From assembly GCA_030324005.1 (NCBI GenBank), contig JARDVH010000001.1, positions 140,804,662 through 140,868,661 of the forward strand: a stretch of 64,000 nucleotides of DNA. The letters are read 5' to 3'. A program made the position numbers and the translations under genes. The stretch comes from Negaprion brevirostris (Eukaryota). The notes below the pieces were generated by a model, which saw only the letters and a program-made list of their open reading frames with translations, had not been told where the DNA came from and made no database searches. Numbering within the stretch: position 1 is the stretch's first letter; every line of letters begins with the position of its first letter. Positions 12,250 to 25,156 of the stretch are shown here, piece after piece.

Positions 12250-15200
12250 GTTGTCTCTTTTTTGCCTTGTAAAATTGCCAACACTAGTAACTGTGACATG
12301 AATGATGACTTTTAAACTTAAAATGCTTTTTAGTTTTTACTACTTTTTTAGGCATAATCATTAAAATAACAAACTCCTGAAAATCAGCAATGGCCAAAAT
12401 TATGACAGGCTTACAGCAGAAAGTGGTTTTTCATCTTATCTGTAATTATGGTGTAACCCTGATTAACTTTCATATGTACTAGCATTGAAGAGATGTCTCA
12501 GTTTAACTGGTACACCATCAGTTTTCTGGAATATTTAGATAAATTCATACCTTGTGGTCAGATTTTGTCTCGGCGTGAAGGGAGGTTTCTCTGATTGAAA
12601 ACTGAGGTCTGAATTTTAATGTGGCTGGATGGTAGTTACTGTTTGTTAGAATAAGGGAATTTGATATCCAAAGTTATAAACTTGGGAATCCTTATAACTG
12701 GAGCATAGTACTCAGTACCAAAGGGTCGGATGATGTAGTTTGAATCCTGACTGCTCTCAGTTCCTATGTGGAATGAAAGCTGCAGTGGAGAGGAAAGATC
12801 AGGCTGTGTGGTCAAGCTCTGTTAATACTTTGTGCCTCTCAATCACCAACCAAGAAAGGAAATGTTGAGGAAAAATCTCGGAACACCGTTTCCCCCCTCC
12901 CCTCTCTCAGCAGAGAAAGGCCTTTAGAGTTCAAGGGACTAATGAATATAGATAGCTTACTTGAAAATTTACACCCGAAGTGCTTAAATCACCAGCTGTG
13001 TCACCTCCACTGCAGTGCTGCCATTTTGACCTGTGTATCACAGAGATCCATCATGGCTAGCTAGGAAAATTATTTAACTCTCGGAATTGAAAACTGTTGA
13101 AGCTTCCAATATCATTTAATAAATAATCTCCCTACCTCACCAACTAATGTAGCAGAGTTTGTTTTTTGCCATGTGGTTGTGTGGTGCAAAAGTAAAGTAA
13201 ATATCAAATTTTGCAGTAAAACATTTTGGTGGCAGTCATGACCTTTAATAGCCCCAAGAACATGACCATTACTTCTGGTTACAAAATAAACAACTATAAA
13301 TAATGTGCTGGATCTCAGATTACACATGTGGTACAACTGCTGAAAAAACACATTTGACGCGACTGGACGAGTCCTATTGTCATTCAAGCCTGCAATTCAG
13401 ATTTACAACCCCCTTGTGGAATCAGTTCTGGACTTTACAAGACTGCTGAGTAAAGAACTGTATAACAGTAATCTCAGAGTAGCAAAATTCATACACAACC
13501 TGCTTGTTATTATCATTGAATTGGTTCTGCTGAATCCTGCTCAAGGAAGACATGTAACCTTCAAATGCAAAAGTGAGGTATCTAAAAGGAAATCCTAGTT
13601 GTAACCATTAATGTTTTAAATGGAGCTGCACAAAGGAAAGAAGGCAGGGAAAGGTCAGCTAAACTCTGGAAGGTGATTTTATGCTATTTTACTAGTCAGC
13701 CAATTATTGGAGCAGAAAGCAAGAAAAACGATAACTGTGATTCCTCTGGAAATGCCTTATCTTTCCTGTCACAATGTGTTTGTGTGGCCCAAATCTGATC
13801 TCAGTTTGTTTACTCCATCAGAAGATTTTGATGTTGGGTTGATTTTTTTTTCATTGCACTGTTTGATTGTGCAGTGTTGGAGATTAAACCCAATGTGTCA
13901 ACCAAGTGATACTTTAGCAGCATGTATGTGAAGTAGACTGGGAAAGCAGATACCCAGAGAGGTTTGATCTGCCGCTGTTTAAATGCCTGTTAGTTGTAAT
14001 TTTGCCAGACCTTTAGAAGGAATTTGATGTTGTACAGTATTGGTGAGAGTAATAATTATTCCTTAATCACTCAGGGCAGCTGCATAATGAAGCATGTTCA
14101 CTTACAGCATTTGAGTGGATGCTGATGGGTAATTCTTCTAAAGTGTTTCTTTTTAGTGTGGCTGCTGTTTAGTGGAAAGGGGAGAAGAAAGAACATTTTC
14201 AATTCCAATCTGACTTTTGAAGAAAAGCTGATTGTAGCCTTTGGAATGCCAGCATTGATTTTCCAGACTTGTGGTATACGTAGTGCACACTGTAAGTCAT
14301 GGGATGTGGTGCAATCACTTGTTCTGTCAAAATGCTGCAATCTTTGCTTTTACAATAAATGTGGGTGATGGAGAATTTAAAACCATGCCATTGCAATATT
14401 TTAATTTAAGTGCACACCAGTAAAGTATATAATTCGATATATGTGCCTGTTGTGATCAGTTTAGCATACGCTCAATTCTGTTCGGTGTGTGAGTTTAGCC
14501 AAATGCTTGACTTCAGACACGTTTTATAATAGCGCTAAACGTGGCATTACCAATTCTGCAATTCCATCATGCACACAGTACAAGTGGCCAAATTAGAAAT
14601 TACATGCTTTTCGCTTGCATTAAAAATCAAAACTGTTCTTCCACAATGTAACTTCTATTCTGATATAATGAAGGAGAAGCGATGTTTTTTATTCCAATTA
14701 GGCACTAAGAAAAGGGTACAACTAACAGCTTGTTCATATGTTAGAATGCATGCAACTGATACAGTGAGGGATGGCATGATATCATATCCCATGACAAAAC
14801 CCAAGGATTTCTACTACTACGAGTACCATAATTTACTGCAGGTAATACAATTTTACGTAAAATTATCTAGGAGCAGTGACCATTGCAATTTATAAGTGAA
14901 TTTGAATAGCCACAACCCATTTGCTACAACAAATCACTCGTCCTAATTACAATCAATTTGTTGTAGTCCAATATGGGTGGTGTAGTGTCACATCAGTGAT
15001 CTAATAACTAAAGCCTTGATGTTTATGCTGAGTGATGTTGGCAGCTTTGATGGACCCAAATCAAATTCCTCTGTCCATTAGAATCGTAGACAAAAGGATT
15101 TGATACAGACTCAGATAACACCACAGAGAATAATTTCTAGATTTATATCTCATAATGTTACACAACATTAGCATAGGTAAAAATTCCAAGAAGTTTTGTG

Positions 15201-15416
15201 CATATGTTTTCAGATAAAAATCAACAGCAAGTCAAGGAATTGGTATTACTATGGCTGACTGAAAGCTTAGGTCAAAGAGAGAGGTATTAGAAATCTCTAA
15301 TTAAAGGAAGGGAAGAAGTTTAGGAATGGAATTCCAGAGTTTTGGAATTCAAGATCCATTACTGCAGATCAGCTGGCATGTTGCATTTATTTTTAGTTAC
15401 AAATGTTAGCGTATTT

Positions 15417-15610
15417 GAACTTTCCGGGTAGGAACCCACTTCTTCCCCTCCCCGTTCTCCACTTCATGTTTGGTGGTGGCAAGGATCTTTTGTTTCTATT
15501 CCTGTCAATGGGATTTCCCATTGAATGCACTCCGTTACCGGGCAACCCAGGGATATCTGTTGGCGGGACCAAATGATCGCACTAGCAGGAATGGCTGGAA
15601 AGTTTCAGCT
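15417..15610. mobile_element. MITE-like element
   Basis: Shares its core and its end (atggctggaaagtttcagct) with 12082-12249. Confidence 0.55.
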
Positions 15611-15916
15611 ACAGTGGCAGTATGTAATACATGAACTAATTACAAACAAGTTTTTATGTTGTTTCATGACCAGCTATGAATTATTTTTTTAAAAATTCAT
15701 CCTTAAAGTGACAGTGTCAGAAAGTTTCTATGTAATTTCAGCATAGCTAACCATTTGAACACAGTATGTATAAATCATTTCTTTCCCTATTAACTGTTTT
15801 AATGAAAAACATCCCAAACTTTTCATGCAATATTGTATTTTTGTGGTGATACAGTTAATAAGTAGAGGTAAAGTATAAATACATTCACTGCAGATGTGCC
15901 TTTTGCAGGGGCAAAA

Positions 15917-16173
15917 GGGGCAGCATGGTAGCACAGCGGTTAGCACTGCTGCCTCTCAGCGCCAGGACCCGGGTTCAGTTCCCAGCTTGGGTCACTGTGT
16001 GTGGAGTTTACAAGTTCCCCTCGTGTCTGCATGGGTTTCCTCCGGGTGTGAAAGACAAGCTGGTTAGATGCATTGACGCAAACAGGCGCTGGACTGTGGC
16101 GACTAGAAGAATTTCACAGTAACTTCATTGCAGTGTTAATGTTAGTCTTATCTGTGACTAATAAATAAACTTT
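15917..16173 (+). mobile_element. tRNA-derived V-SINE with alternative tail B
   Basis: A-box tggtagcacagcggttagc and B-box gggttcagttccc, a V-domain with an internal deletion, and tail atttcacagtaacttcattgcagtgttaatgt...gtgactaataaataaacttt. Confidence 0.85.
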
Positions 16174-16490
16174 ACCTTTCTTCAAAGAAAGAGATGACAA
16201 AACAAAAATTAAATGTCACCACTTATTTTCATACAAGAGTTACTGCGTTACTGAGCAATCGGCTATTTGTGAAGACATTTTTGAGAAACTTAATAAAGTA
16301 CAATATAAATATATGCTTGTCATCTTTTTCAATTTTAAAAATCACATTGAACATGAGCAGATGAACAGTCAGCATCTGAAACAGACGATTCCAGTGTAAT
16401 CCTGTACCAGAACTTAGATTTTGTTTTATTTGTTTTGTTCCATCAGTGTAATCTCATTTGATTTAAAGTGGACGACAATTTGTACTAGAA

Positions 16491-16745
16491 GGTCACGTGG
16501 CGCAGTAGTTAGTGTCCCTGCCTCAGCCAGAAGTTCTGGATTCAAGTCCCACCCCAGGACTTAATGGCCAAGGAAAGCACATTCATAACGTGGTCAGACA
16601 GGTTGAATATCAAACTGCAAAATCCTTCCAACGCCAGTGGCAGGTGGTAAGAGTGGGATAGACTCCTGTTTAGCAACACTTAATGTGAAGTGGCACTCCT
16701 CAAGCTATAAGACACTGATTAAGCCGGTAACTTGTTTAAGGAAAA
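16491..16745 (+). mobile_element. tRNA-derived SINE of a distinct family (single copy in the window)
   Basis: Head ggtcacgtggcgcagtagttagtgtccctgcctc...ggattcaagtcccacccc has Pol III A and B boxes. The body is unrelated to the other SINEs here. The 3' boundary is uncertain. Confidence 0.6.
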
Positions 16746-16843
16746 CCTCAGAATGGGAGGTGTAGGAAGAGAAACATCAGGCTGTATTTCCATTTTTAAA
16801 ATTTGAGAGTACTCATTATATTATCTGGCCTTTTTATCTCCAG

Positions 16844-17763
16844 GACCCAGTTCCCAGTTGGCGTACGCCATTGCATCTGGAGATTCACTGCAACATTTTG
16901 ATATAGATAATAATGGCATCCTGCATATTAAGCAACAGCTGGATCGGGAAAGCCAATCATTCTACAACCTGCTGATAAGGGCTCATGATTTATCTCTTCC
17001 CCTAGCAAGTAGACTTACAAGCACTGCACAAGTCTCTGTTATTCTGCTGGATGTCAATGATAGCCCACCGAAGTTTATTTCATCTAAGATAGCCTACATG
17101 CAGGAAAACTCTCCAATGAACACTGTCGTCTATAAAGCCCAAGCCACTGACCCTGACAGTGGACCGAACAGTTATGTTGAGTACACGCTAAGGCACTCAG
17201 GAAACAAATTCAGTATTGGGACAATAAATGGGGAGTTGCGACTGACTGGTGAACTTGACAGGGAAGAAGTCTCGAATTATACATTGACTGTGATTGCTAC
17301 AGACAAGGGCGAACCTCCACTCTCATCGACAATGGATGTTACTGTGATTGTGCTTGATGTGAATGATAACACACCTGTCTTTCAACAATCTCTCTATGAA
17401 GTTGAGATTAGTGAAAATACTCTTAGTGGCATTGATCTCATTCAAGTTACTGCAACTGATTTAGATGAAGGAGCTAATGGTCAGATCCGTTATCATATCG
17501 CCCAGGGCAATCACAACAATGATTTTCGAATTGACTCTGTTACTGGTACTGTATCAGTAGCTAAGCAACTTGATCGTGAAACGAGACCTTCATATTCTCT
17601 GATTGTCCAAGCAACTGATCGTGGAAGCAGCCCACAAACTGCAACAGCAATAGTAGAGGTTGATCTCACAGATGTGAATGATTTTATACCAATCTTTGAA
17701 TTATCACCCTACACAGTGCACGTGCAGGAAAATGCACAGAATCTGCCAAAGTCTGTTTTACAG
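16844..17763 (+). CDS. FAT4: FAT4 internal coding exon C, 920 nt, phase 1 to 0 (about three cadherin repeats)
   Basis: Acceptor tttttatctccAG at 16842-16843; donor CAG|GTtagt at 17764. Translates (G)PSSQLAYAIASGDSLQHF...LDRESQSFYNL...DVNDSPP...ATDPDSGPNSYVEY...LDREEVSNY...DVNDNTP...LDRETRPSY...DVNDFIPIFELSPYTVHVQENAQNLPKSVLQ. Confidence 0.97.
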
Positions 17764-18591
17764 GTTAGTGAAATCAAGAATTTATTGTGGTCTGCAATAA
17801 TACTTCTTCCATTTAGCCTATAAGATCAATATTATAATTAAATCTGATGACTATGTTGCATCCATGTGTTAGTCAACCTCTATTATATTTCTCCTAATGC
17901 TGAAAATGTAGCAAATCATACTGGTCTGGGCTTTGCTCTGGAGATGTAGGTGATGCTGTTAAGTGGCCATGAACACGTTGGGCAGATTTCTCAAATGACT
18001 AGAACTTAACTGATTGCTATAGGTCCTGATGTTGATTGGAAGGAGGTCAATTGTCCCCATCCCCACCTCTTTCCCCACAGTCAGCTTGTGGTGGGGGATT
18101 ACTGGGTAACTTATTGGATCTGAAAGAAACACTGCTTCTCCCTAAAGGCACATATTTCATGAATTCAGTCCCTCCTGCTTGTTTTAAGCTGCTATGTTTC
18201 CTGAAACTTGGGAAACCCAGTCACCTATGACTAAAATAGAATAACTGCTAAAATGAAGACATGGGGCCTCAATTATTTAAATATTTATCTAAATATTTAA
18301 ACTTAGTAATCCATTTCCTATGAGCAAACAGGTCTCCAGTCCCTCGTTCCAGCTTCGTTAAAACTAAAACTGGGCAGAATCAAGGAGAGTTTAGCTCCTG
18401 CCACAGATTTTTTGCTTTTTAACCTCTAACGCAACTTCAGCCCAACATTTTGAGGTGTTAAGATTCAGCCCTTTTTTTGTAAGTACAGTGACTATAATTA
18501 ACTGAATGTTTTATGTGAGCTCCCACCAGTGCTTCTTCGAATATTACTGTGACATCATTGGATTTACATATCCTGTGGATTTATGCTATAG

Positions 18592-18766
18592 GTTGTAGCT
18601 CGTGATGATGACCAAGGGCTGAATGGCCAGCTGACTTACACAATTGTTGGTGGGAATGCAGAAGAAGCTGTTACTTTGACACCCAGTGGACTGCTAAGCC
18701 TGGTCATGAACCTGGATCGTGAAACAACAGCACAATTTGACCTGACAGTCATTGCTACAGATGCAG
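18592..18766 (+). CDS. FAT4: FAT4 internal coding exon D, 175 nt, phase 0 to 1
   Basis: Acceptor ttatgctatAG at 18590-18591; donor GCAG|GTaaaa at 18767. Translates VVARDDDQGLNGQLTYTIVGGNAEEAVTLTPSGLLSLVMNLDRETTAQFDLTVIATDA(G), continuing exon C in frame. Confidence 0.95.
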
Positions 18767-18810
18767 GTAAAAGCAAGTCTCATCTGTATTCCAAAGTTGT
18801 TCAGTGGGTT

Positions 18811-19073
18811 GGTGTTGGTGGCACAGTGGATAGTCCTGCTGCCTCACAGTGCCAGGGACCTAGGTTCGATTCCGGCCTTGGGTCACTGGGTGGAATCTAC
18901 TCGTTCTTCCCGTGTCTCTGGTTTCCTCCAACAGTCCGAAAGACATGCTGGTTAGGTGGATTGGCCATGCTAAACACTCCCTTGGTGTTCCAGAGTGTGG
19001 TGACAAGGGGAATTAGACAGTAACCTCATTGCAGTGTTAATGTGAATCTACTGATGACACCAATAAATAAACC
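18811..19073 (+). mobile_element. V-SINE with tail B, about 45 nt downstream of the exon D donor
   Basis: ggtggcacagtggatag...gcctcacagtgccagggacctaggttcgattccggccttgggtcactg...acagtaacctcattgcagtgttaatgtgaatctactgatgacaccaataaataaac. Confidence 0.85.
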
Positions 19074-19789
19074 TCTCACACATTTTGAATGTGCTGCTTA
19101 TGAGGTTAAGCATCATCCTTAATGAAAGTACAGATTGAAAACCAGGCACAGAATACTGAATACTCCCAGCGTTTTGTTTTTATTTCAGCTTTCCAACATC
19201 TGCTGTTGAAAAAGTCATTGCATTGTTAAATTCATTAAGGGATATGATATATTATTTACAGAGAAATTGTTTCTCGGGTTAATAACTAGTTATAATACAA
19301 TTATAGGTCCTTCCTTTTGCCCATTTTAAATTCTCTGTCACCCGATGTTCCTCATATCCAGACCCCCAAGTTCTTTCAGTTTGTCTCTGAGGCCTCAGAT
19401 AGGTGATCTGCTACAATATGTTTCAGTTACCAATAGCTTGAAATTGCCTGATTACAGTGGAAGCTGACTGATATTCATGGAAGTGTAGAATGACACAGCA
19501 CTGAAGTAGACCCAGTAAGTGACAGAAAATTTAATGATTACAAAAAAATGTAATGACCATGATAGGAGCTGGTCTTTTTCCATTGAATGCTTAGTTATAT
19601 TTTCAATCCACCTACAAGGAAATGAGATGAAATTTCTTCAGATTTACAAGAGAAACTCAAATGGATAGTAATTATAGGAAAGAATTTTTGAGTAGGTTGG
19701 AATATTCCCAAAATATTAACAAATTGTAGTTGGATGGATTGAGCTACTTTTCTTGCAAGCTGAACAACCATAGTATTTTAAAATTACAA

Positions 19790-19950
19790 ATGAACAAAAG
19801 AGCACGAGTAGCCATTTGGCCCTTCGAGCCTGCTCTGACATTCGGTCAGATCACGGCTGGTCTGATTGCAACCTCAACTCCACGTTCTTGCTTATGTCTG
19901 ATAACCTTTCATTCCTTGCTTATCAAGAGTCTGTTGACCTCTGTTAATTA
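19790..19950 (-). mobile_element. CR1 3' tail fragment
   Basis: gagcacgagtagccatttggcccttcgagcctgctctgacattcggtcagatcacggctggtctgatt is an antisense CR1 terminal hairpin. Confidence 0.65.
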
Positions 19951-21239
19951 TCCTGTCTTAATTATAATCTTGTAAACGTAGGTTACTGCCACTCATGGAC
20001 CAACTGGTTAGAGTCTTTGACAGGCGAAGGTTGATTGCAACCTCTGACAGTCCATTGTAATCTTTGGCAGGTAACCACTAGTGAATTCAGTCTGCTCCTT
20101 ATGTGTACAGTCTCCAATAGCCAGTTACAATTGCTGACAATTAATCAAGCTCTTGGAATACCAGTTCCAGCCAATGATAATAAGTATGTTATAACTTGCA
20201 GCAAGTTTCCTGTAGCCAATTACAATCTCTGTTAGCACTTGCAGCACTGATAGTCTGGCATCATGCTTGAATTTGGCAGAATGCACAATGATCGATGCAT
20301 GATTACCTTGCATAATTACAGCAAGCCTCTCTTGCCTCAGTCATTTTCAATAAGTGTTAGTGGCTGAAAAACAGTTTTTAGTCAAGCAGCTGCTTTTCCT
20401 CTAATGGGTGATGTAAATTCTTATTGGTCAAAATGCATTTCAACAAAGTATAAAATCAGAGTCTGTGAGACTAGACAACTTCCATGGTGTCTATGTATGT
20501 GAGAGTTAGTGTTTATTATGAGTATAATCGTAAGCTCCATTTTTCAGGGGTTTCTGCCATCCCTAATTTATGTGAAGTTGATAAGTTGATCCTCTTCCCA
20601 TTGCGGAACCTGACAGGTCATGGGATCAGTAAACATCTGATCTGGCAACTGGACAGAGGCCCTTCAAATCCCGTCTTCATATTTTTGCTAACCACATATG
20701 TTTGTGTTCCAGATTCAGCAGTGTTTTATTTATTGGCTGAATCCTAAAATAACGCAGCAGTACAGTCTGTCAACTATATTTCGACTATCTTATTATAAAA
20801 TAACCATAGTCTGTTACATTTAATTCCTTAAGATGCTTATTTGTCCAGAGAGTATTTATTCATAGATGTTGAAGGATGAGTTCCAGCTGTGGTCGGATTC
20901 AGTGCACACGAAGCAAGATGATGGCTACAGTTATACATGTCTTGGCTGTATAGTTTCTTTAAGTATTACGTCATCAATTTCCCACTCTAAACTAGGCATC
21001 TCTACAAATAGCAAAAAGTCAAAACCAGGACAGTCTGTCTTGTGGTAGATACCCAATTTTATTTTGTTTGTTCAGTATGATTGCAGCAAAAAAAGTTTTT
21101 CTTTTAAAAGTGTTAGGTGACATTAGCTAGAAGAAAGTACTAAACAAGAAAAGGGCCAAAGAAATTGACACATCTAGTATACTATTCCTCCATATTATAC
21201 AGTACACTCTGCTGCGGACTCAACCTCATCTACTGTAAA

Positions 21240-21735
21240 TAAAGAGCAAAAGAACAAAGAAAATTACAGCACAGGAGCAAACCCTTCGGCCCGCCAAGTC
21301 TGCACCGACCACACTACCCTACTGAACTAAAATCCCCTACCCTTCCAGGGATCATATCCCTCCATTCCCATCCTAGTCATATATTTGTCGAGATGTCCCT
21401 TAGAAGTCACTATCGTATCTGCTTCCATTACCTCCCTCGCANNNNNACCCATCACACTCAGTGTAAAAAAAAAAATTTGTCTCGTACATCTCCTTTAAAC
21501 CTTGCCCCTCACGCATTAAACCTAAGCCCCCGAGTAATTGACTGTTCCACCCTGGGGAAAAAGTTTCTGATCAGCCACTCTGTCCATACCCCTCATAATC
21601 TTGTAGACTTCTATCAGGTCAACCCTCAACCTTCATCGTTCCAATGAGAACAAACCAAGTTTCTCCAACCTCCTCTCATAGCTAATGCCCTCCATGCCAG
21701 ACAACATCCAGGTAAATCTTTTCTGTACCCTGAGT
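21240..21735 (-). mobile_element. CR1 (HER1-like) LINE 3' end
   Basis: Minus strand encodes RVQKRFTWMLSGMEGISYERRLEKLGLFSLER, the CR1 ORF2 C-terminus. The terminal repeat aaagaacaaagaaaattacagcacaggagcaaacccttcggccc is at ~21245-21292. Confidence 0.85.
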
Positions 21736-22425
21736 GAGGTTTTATAGAATGTCTCCCTGTTCTCCCAAAGATAACAGGGTAAAATTCCAAATGATGTGCC
21801 GCTATTTACTGCTGGTTGACTGCACTCCACAGCCAATACATCTCCTGGCCCCCGCAGCACAGGAAGCAGCAAATCTAATTCATTCAGGTCCTGTTCGGAT
21901 GTACTACACCTCCTCTGCAAATGCACATGAGCTACCTCACCATATGTACTGTGTATACAATGCAGCTTTCGTATATTTAAAACCTATTTAATTTTCACAA
22001 TTGTCAGTGCTTTTTTATCTTGCACTTCACAATAATTTCATTTCTCACATATTGTTTAGACAGTTGTTTCAACTAGAATAACATGCTGATACTTCGGAGT
22101 GAGAAACAAGGCTTTGCAAATGCAATTTGTCTTTGAGACTATCTGAAGGGAGTACATCAGACATCGTGCATTGCTAAGAAATCACAGATATATGCTTGTT
22201 TGACAAAAAGTTGAACATAGGCCAGAATGTTAGGAAGTTAATTATTCTGAGTTTTAAAATTAAAACGTATTGTTATCTTTAGGAGCCTTGTGCAATAAGG
22301 AGGTTGACAATAACGTGAATTCTGCTTCCCAAGTTTTGTGAGAAAGCTTTGCACGTTACAGATTTTTTCCCAAATTTTACATTAGAAGAGCACAGCTTTC
22401 TTTTTCTTCAGTGCATTGAAGACAT

Positions 22426-22565
22426 GGGGCGAGATTCTCCATCTCATCCATACCCGCCTCACTGCCAGCGAGTATGGAGAATTTGACATTCAAGCAAAGC
22501 TCCGTTCAGCCAAAACTCCATTCACTGGAGTGAATCCCAGCAGATGGGGTTGGAGATTTTCGGCT
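22426..22565. mobile_element. MITE-like element
   Basis: Termini ggggcgagattctcc and ggagattttcggct. It is an inverse-orientation homolog of 11084-11218. Confidence 0.6.
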
Positions 22566-25156
22566 GTAAGGTTTTCCTGCAGATGTTAGAACATAAGCCT
22601 GGCTAGACTTGCAAACCATGTCGTTGTTAATTTTCAAATAGGATAGAAAAGGTATTTTGCTCAGTTTTGCATAATTTCCTGCCCGTGCACATGCATTATT
22701 TTTAAAGGCTTGAATTTATCCAGTACTTTCTCCATTAATAGTGCATTAAAATTCAGAAAAACAGTGATTTATCAGTAGTCATCCAATATTTTAATGCTAT
22801 ATTAATGTAGAAAAAACCTTAACTACACTTCAGGGACCCACAATTAAAGTATTGCACCAATTCATCATTGAAAGTAACAAAAAATAATGAATCCTTCATA
22901 GTTTGCAATGTACTAATTATGTTGCAGGCCTGAATCTTTGAAATATGCAACTTTTGAGGAGGTGTTGAGTTAAAGACAGGCTGATATTCATGCACAGGTT
23001 ATTAAAAGAAATTTCATTTAGAGCTTGCTTGGACTCTGATATTATTGCATATTTGAGATTATTTCTGTAACTTATGTGAGAATTGACTGCCAACTTTAGC
23101 CCGAAAACTGAAGCAGTTATTGCTGCTGGAAGTGTGTTCAGCTGTGCTTGTTTAAGAGACGGTGCTAACTGGAGTGTTGAGTTCCAGTCCGGCATTGCTG
23201 GGATCAGATCGGTCGTATATGTTGATTGATATCATTATCTGCCTATTCTGCACATCTCGAACAGATGACCCATGCACATAAACTAACACCAAAATTCCAC
23301 CCAAGGGAGCTCACACTAGATATCTGTGCACGTGCCACAGACACCATTTTGAAGTCAGCACCAAAAAGAAAACAGGTGCTCAGGAGTCTAATTTTACAGC
23401 CAAAGCTTTTGGGAAATTATAATTTAGAACCTAATTATCTCGATTATTTTTATTAAAAGTGATCTTTTAGCTGTAATTGTGATATTTTATCTTTTAAGCC
23501 TAGCAACAAAAATCTCTCCAGTGACATTTAATCCCAGGTGACTATATATAACTAGTAGCTGGAATTTCTGACATTGCATAGATGTTCGGCGCTACTATTT
23601 TTTTAGTTTGACTGACTTGTTTAAACTCCACAGGGAATTTCAGTAAATCCTTTTTTTTCATTTATTTTTAAAGTGAAGTTAAATATAATGCCAGACTTAC
23701 CATGTTTGTGTCCAGGGAATTTAGACTCTGTCATCAGTGCTGCAGGATGACTCAGTTTAACTTGCACACACTGTGGAAATGGGATGAATATTTTGACCTG
23801 GACGTCCTTGGAACTAGAAAATAGAGAGAGCCTTATCATCCCCGTTCCCCTCTCACCCTTGTATCTTACTCAGTTGTGGGGGTGGGAATTGGCCAGGAAT
23901 CTGACTCAGATCCCGGATTTGCCAGGATTTCACCCAATTTTTTGTGGTCCTTTAAATTCCACCAGGCATCAAGCTTGTCTGTCCTCCCTACATCGAGAGG
24001 ATGTGACTGGGTTAGATTACTGGGATTGTCACCACTCATGTTCACTGCAACCTTCTGCATTACTCACCTAGAGCTCTTAGGAAAAAAGCCCTGAACTGTT
24101 CTTTCATATGTTGCTGGGCCTCAACCTGCTGCTGGATGGTTCTACTCCGCCTTCCTTCTTTGTGGCAGGCTGTGCTGATGCACCAGCCCTAGCTATACAA
24201 AATCCTCTGGGATTTGCGACAGGCGTTCCTACCCATTACTTTGGGAGGGTGGGAATTCCACTCTGTTGCATTTGTGCCACTGGATCAGATTCCCAGGAAT
24301 TTAAGTGTTCTTTTATTGTTTGGCTTTAAGGGTCTGTATATAGTAAAACGCGAGATGTGGCTAGTTCTGGCAGATGTAATTTCAAAGCACAAGCCTTACA
24401 GGGAAGCTGCTCAAGCAATAATTCGTTATTTTCAACCTGTAATTTTGTGAGGCCAAAAGAAGCAAGAGTGTCCCTCTGAGGCCCTCAAATATCCCCCAGC
24501 CTGTGTGATATCCCCCAGTCTCTTTCAGAGAAGAAAGAAGCAGCATCAAGATATTAAGACATGCAATTTTTTTTTAAAAAATCAGGGAGAAGTGAGTAAA
24601 GCTTCAGAAAAAGTGTGATCCAAATGAATTGTTTTAGAGAAACAAATAAACCAAAAGGTGAAGATCTACCATTAACTCGGTTTTATTTGTTAGTTTGTAG
24701 ACTACTGAAAGGTATTAGTTTCTAGAAAGACATGGTGAAATATTTCCTGAAGTATCAGTATGAAGATAGGAGTGTGAGGATGGTGTACCAACTCCTCTTG
24801 GCAGAACATTGTATTAAGTTCTACAAACAAGCTGTAAAGTCATTAAAAGGTAAACCATCACATGGAAACATTTTCACATTAGCAAAAAGCTATCTCGAAC
24901 AATATTTATACAATAGAAGATTTCTATTTACTGCAGGAAATAAGCACACTCATTATTTACATTTCCATCATGCAACAAACAGGAAACTGTCCATTAAAAC
25001 ATCTGTTGATAATGAACAGCTGTTATTGCATTTGTAAACTTATATTGATAATTAACACACTGCACAGATTAGATTACTTTTGAATATCAGCAGCTTGGAA
25101 TGCAAGTTTCATTTGTCTCATATCGATCTTATCCATCTTTGTTGACTGTATTAAGT

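Noticed and set aside
1135-19023. ORF-track starts and ends for the cadherin ORFs (1135-1428, 7023-7409, 16858-17823, 18676-19023) as separate genes
   Set aside because: They are exons of one gene. The true limits are splice sites, and the alternative start codons and tails are intron read-through.
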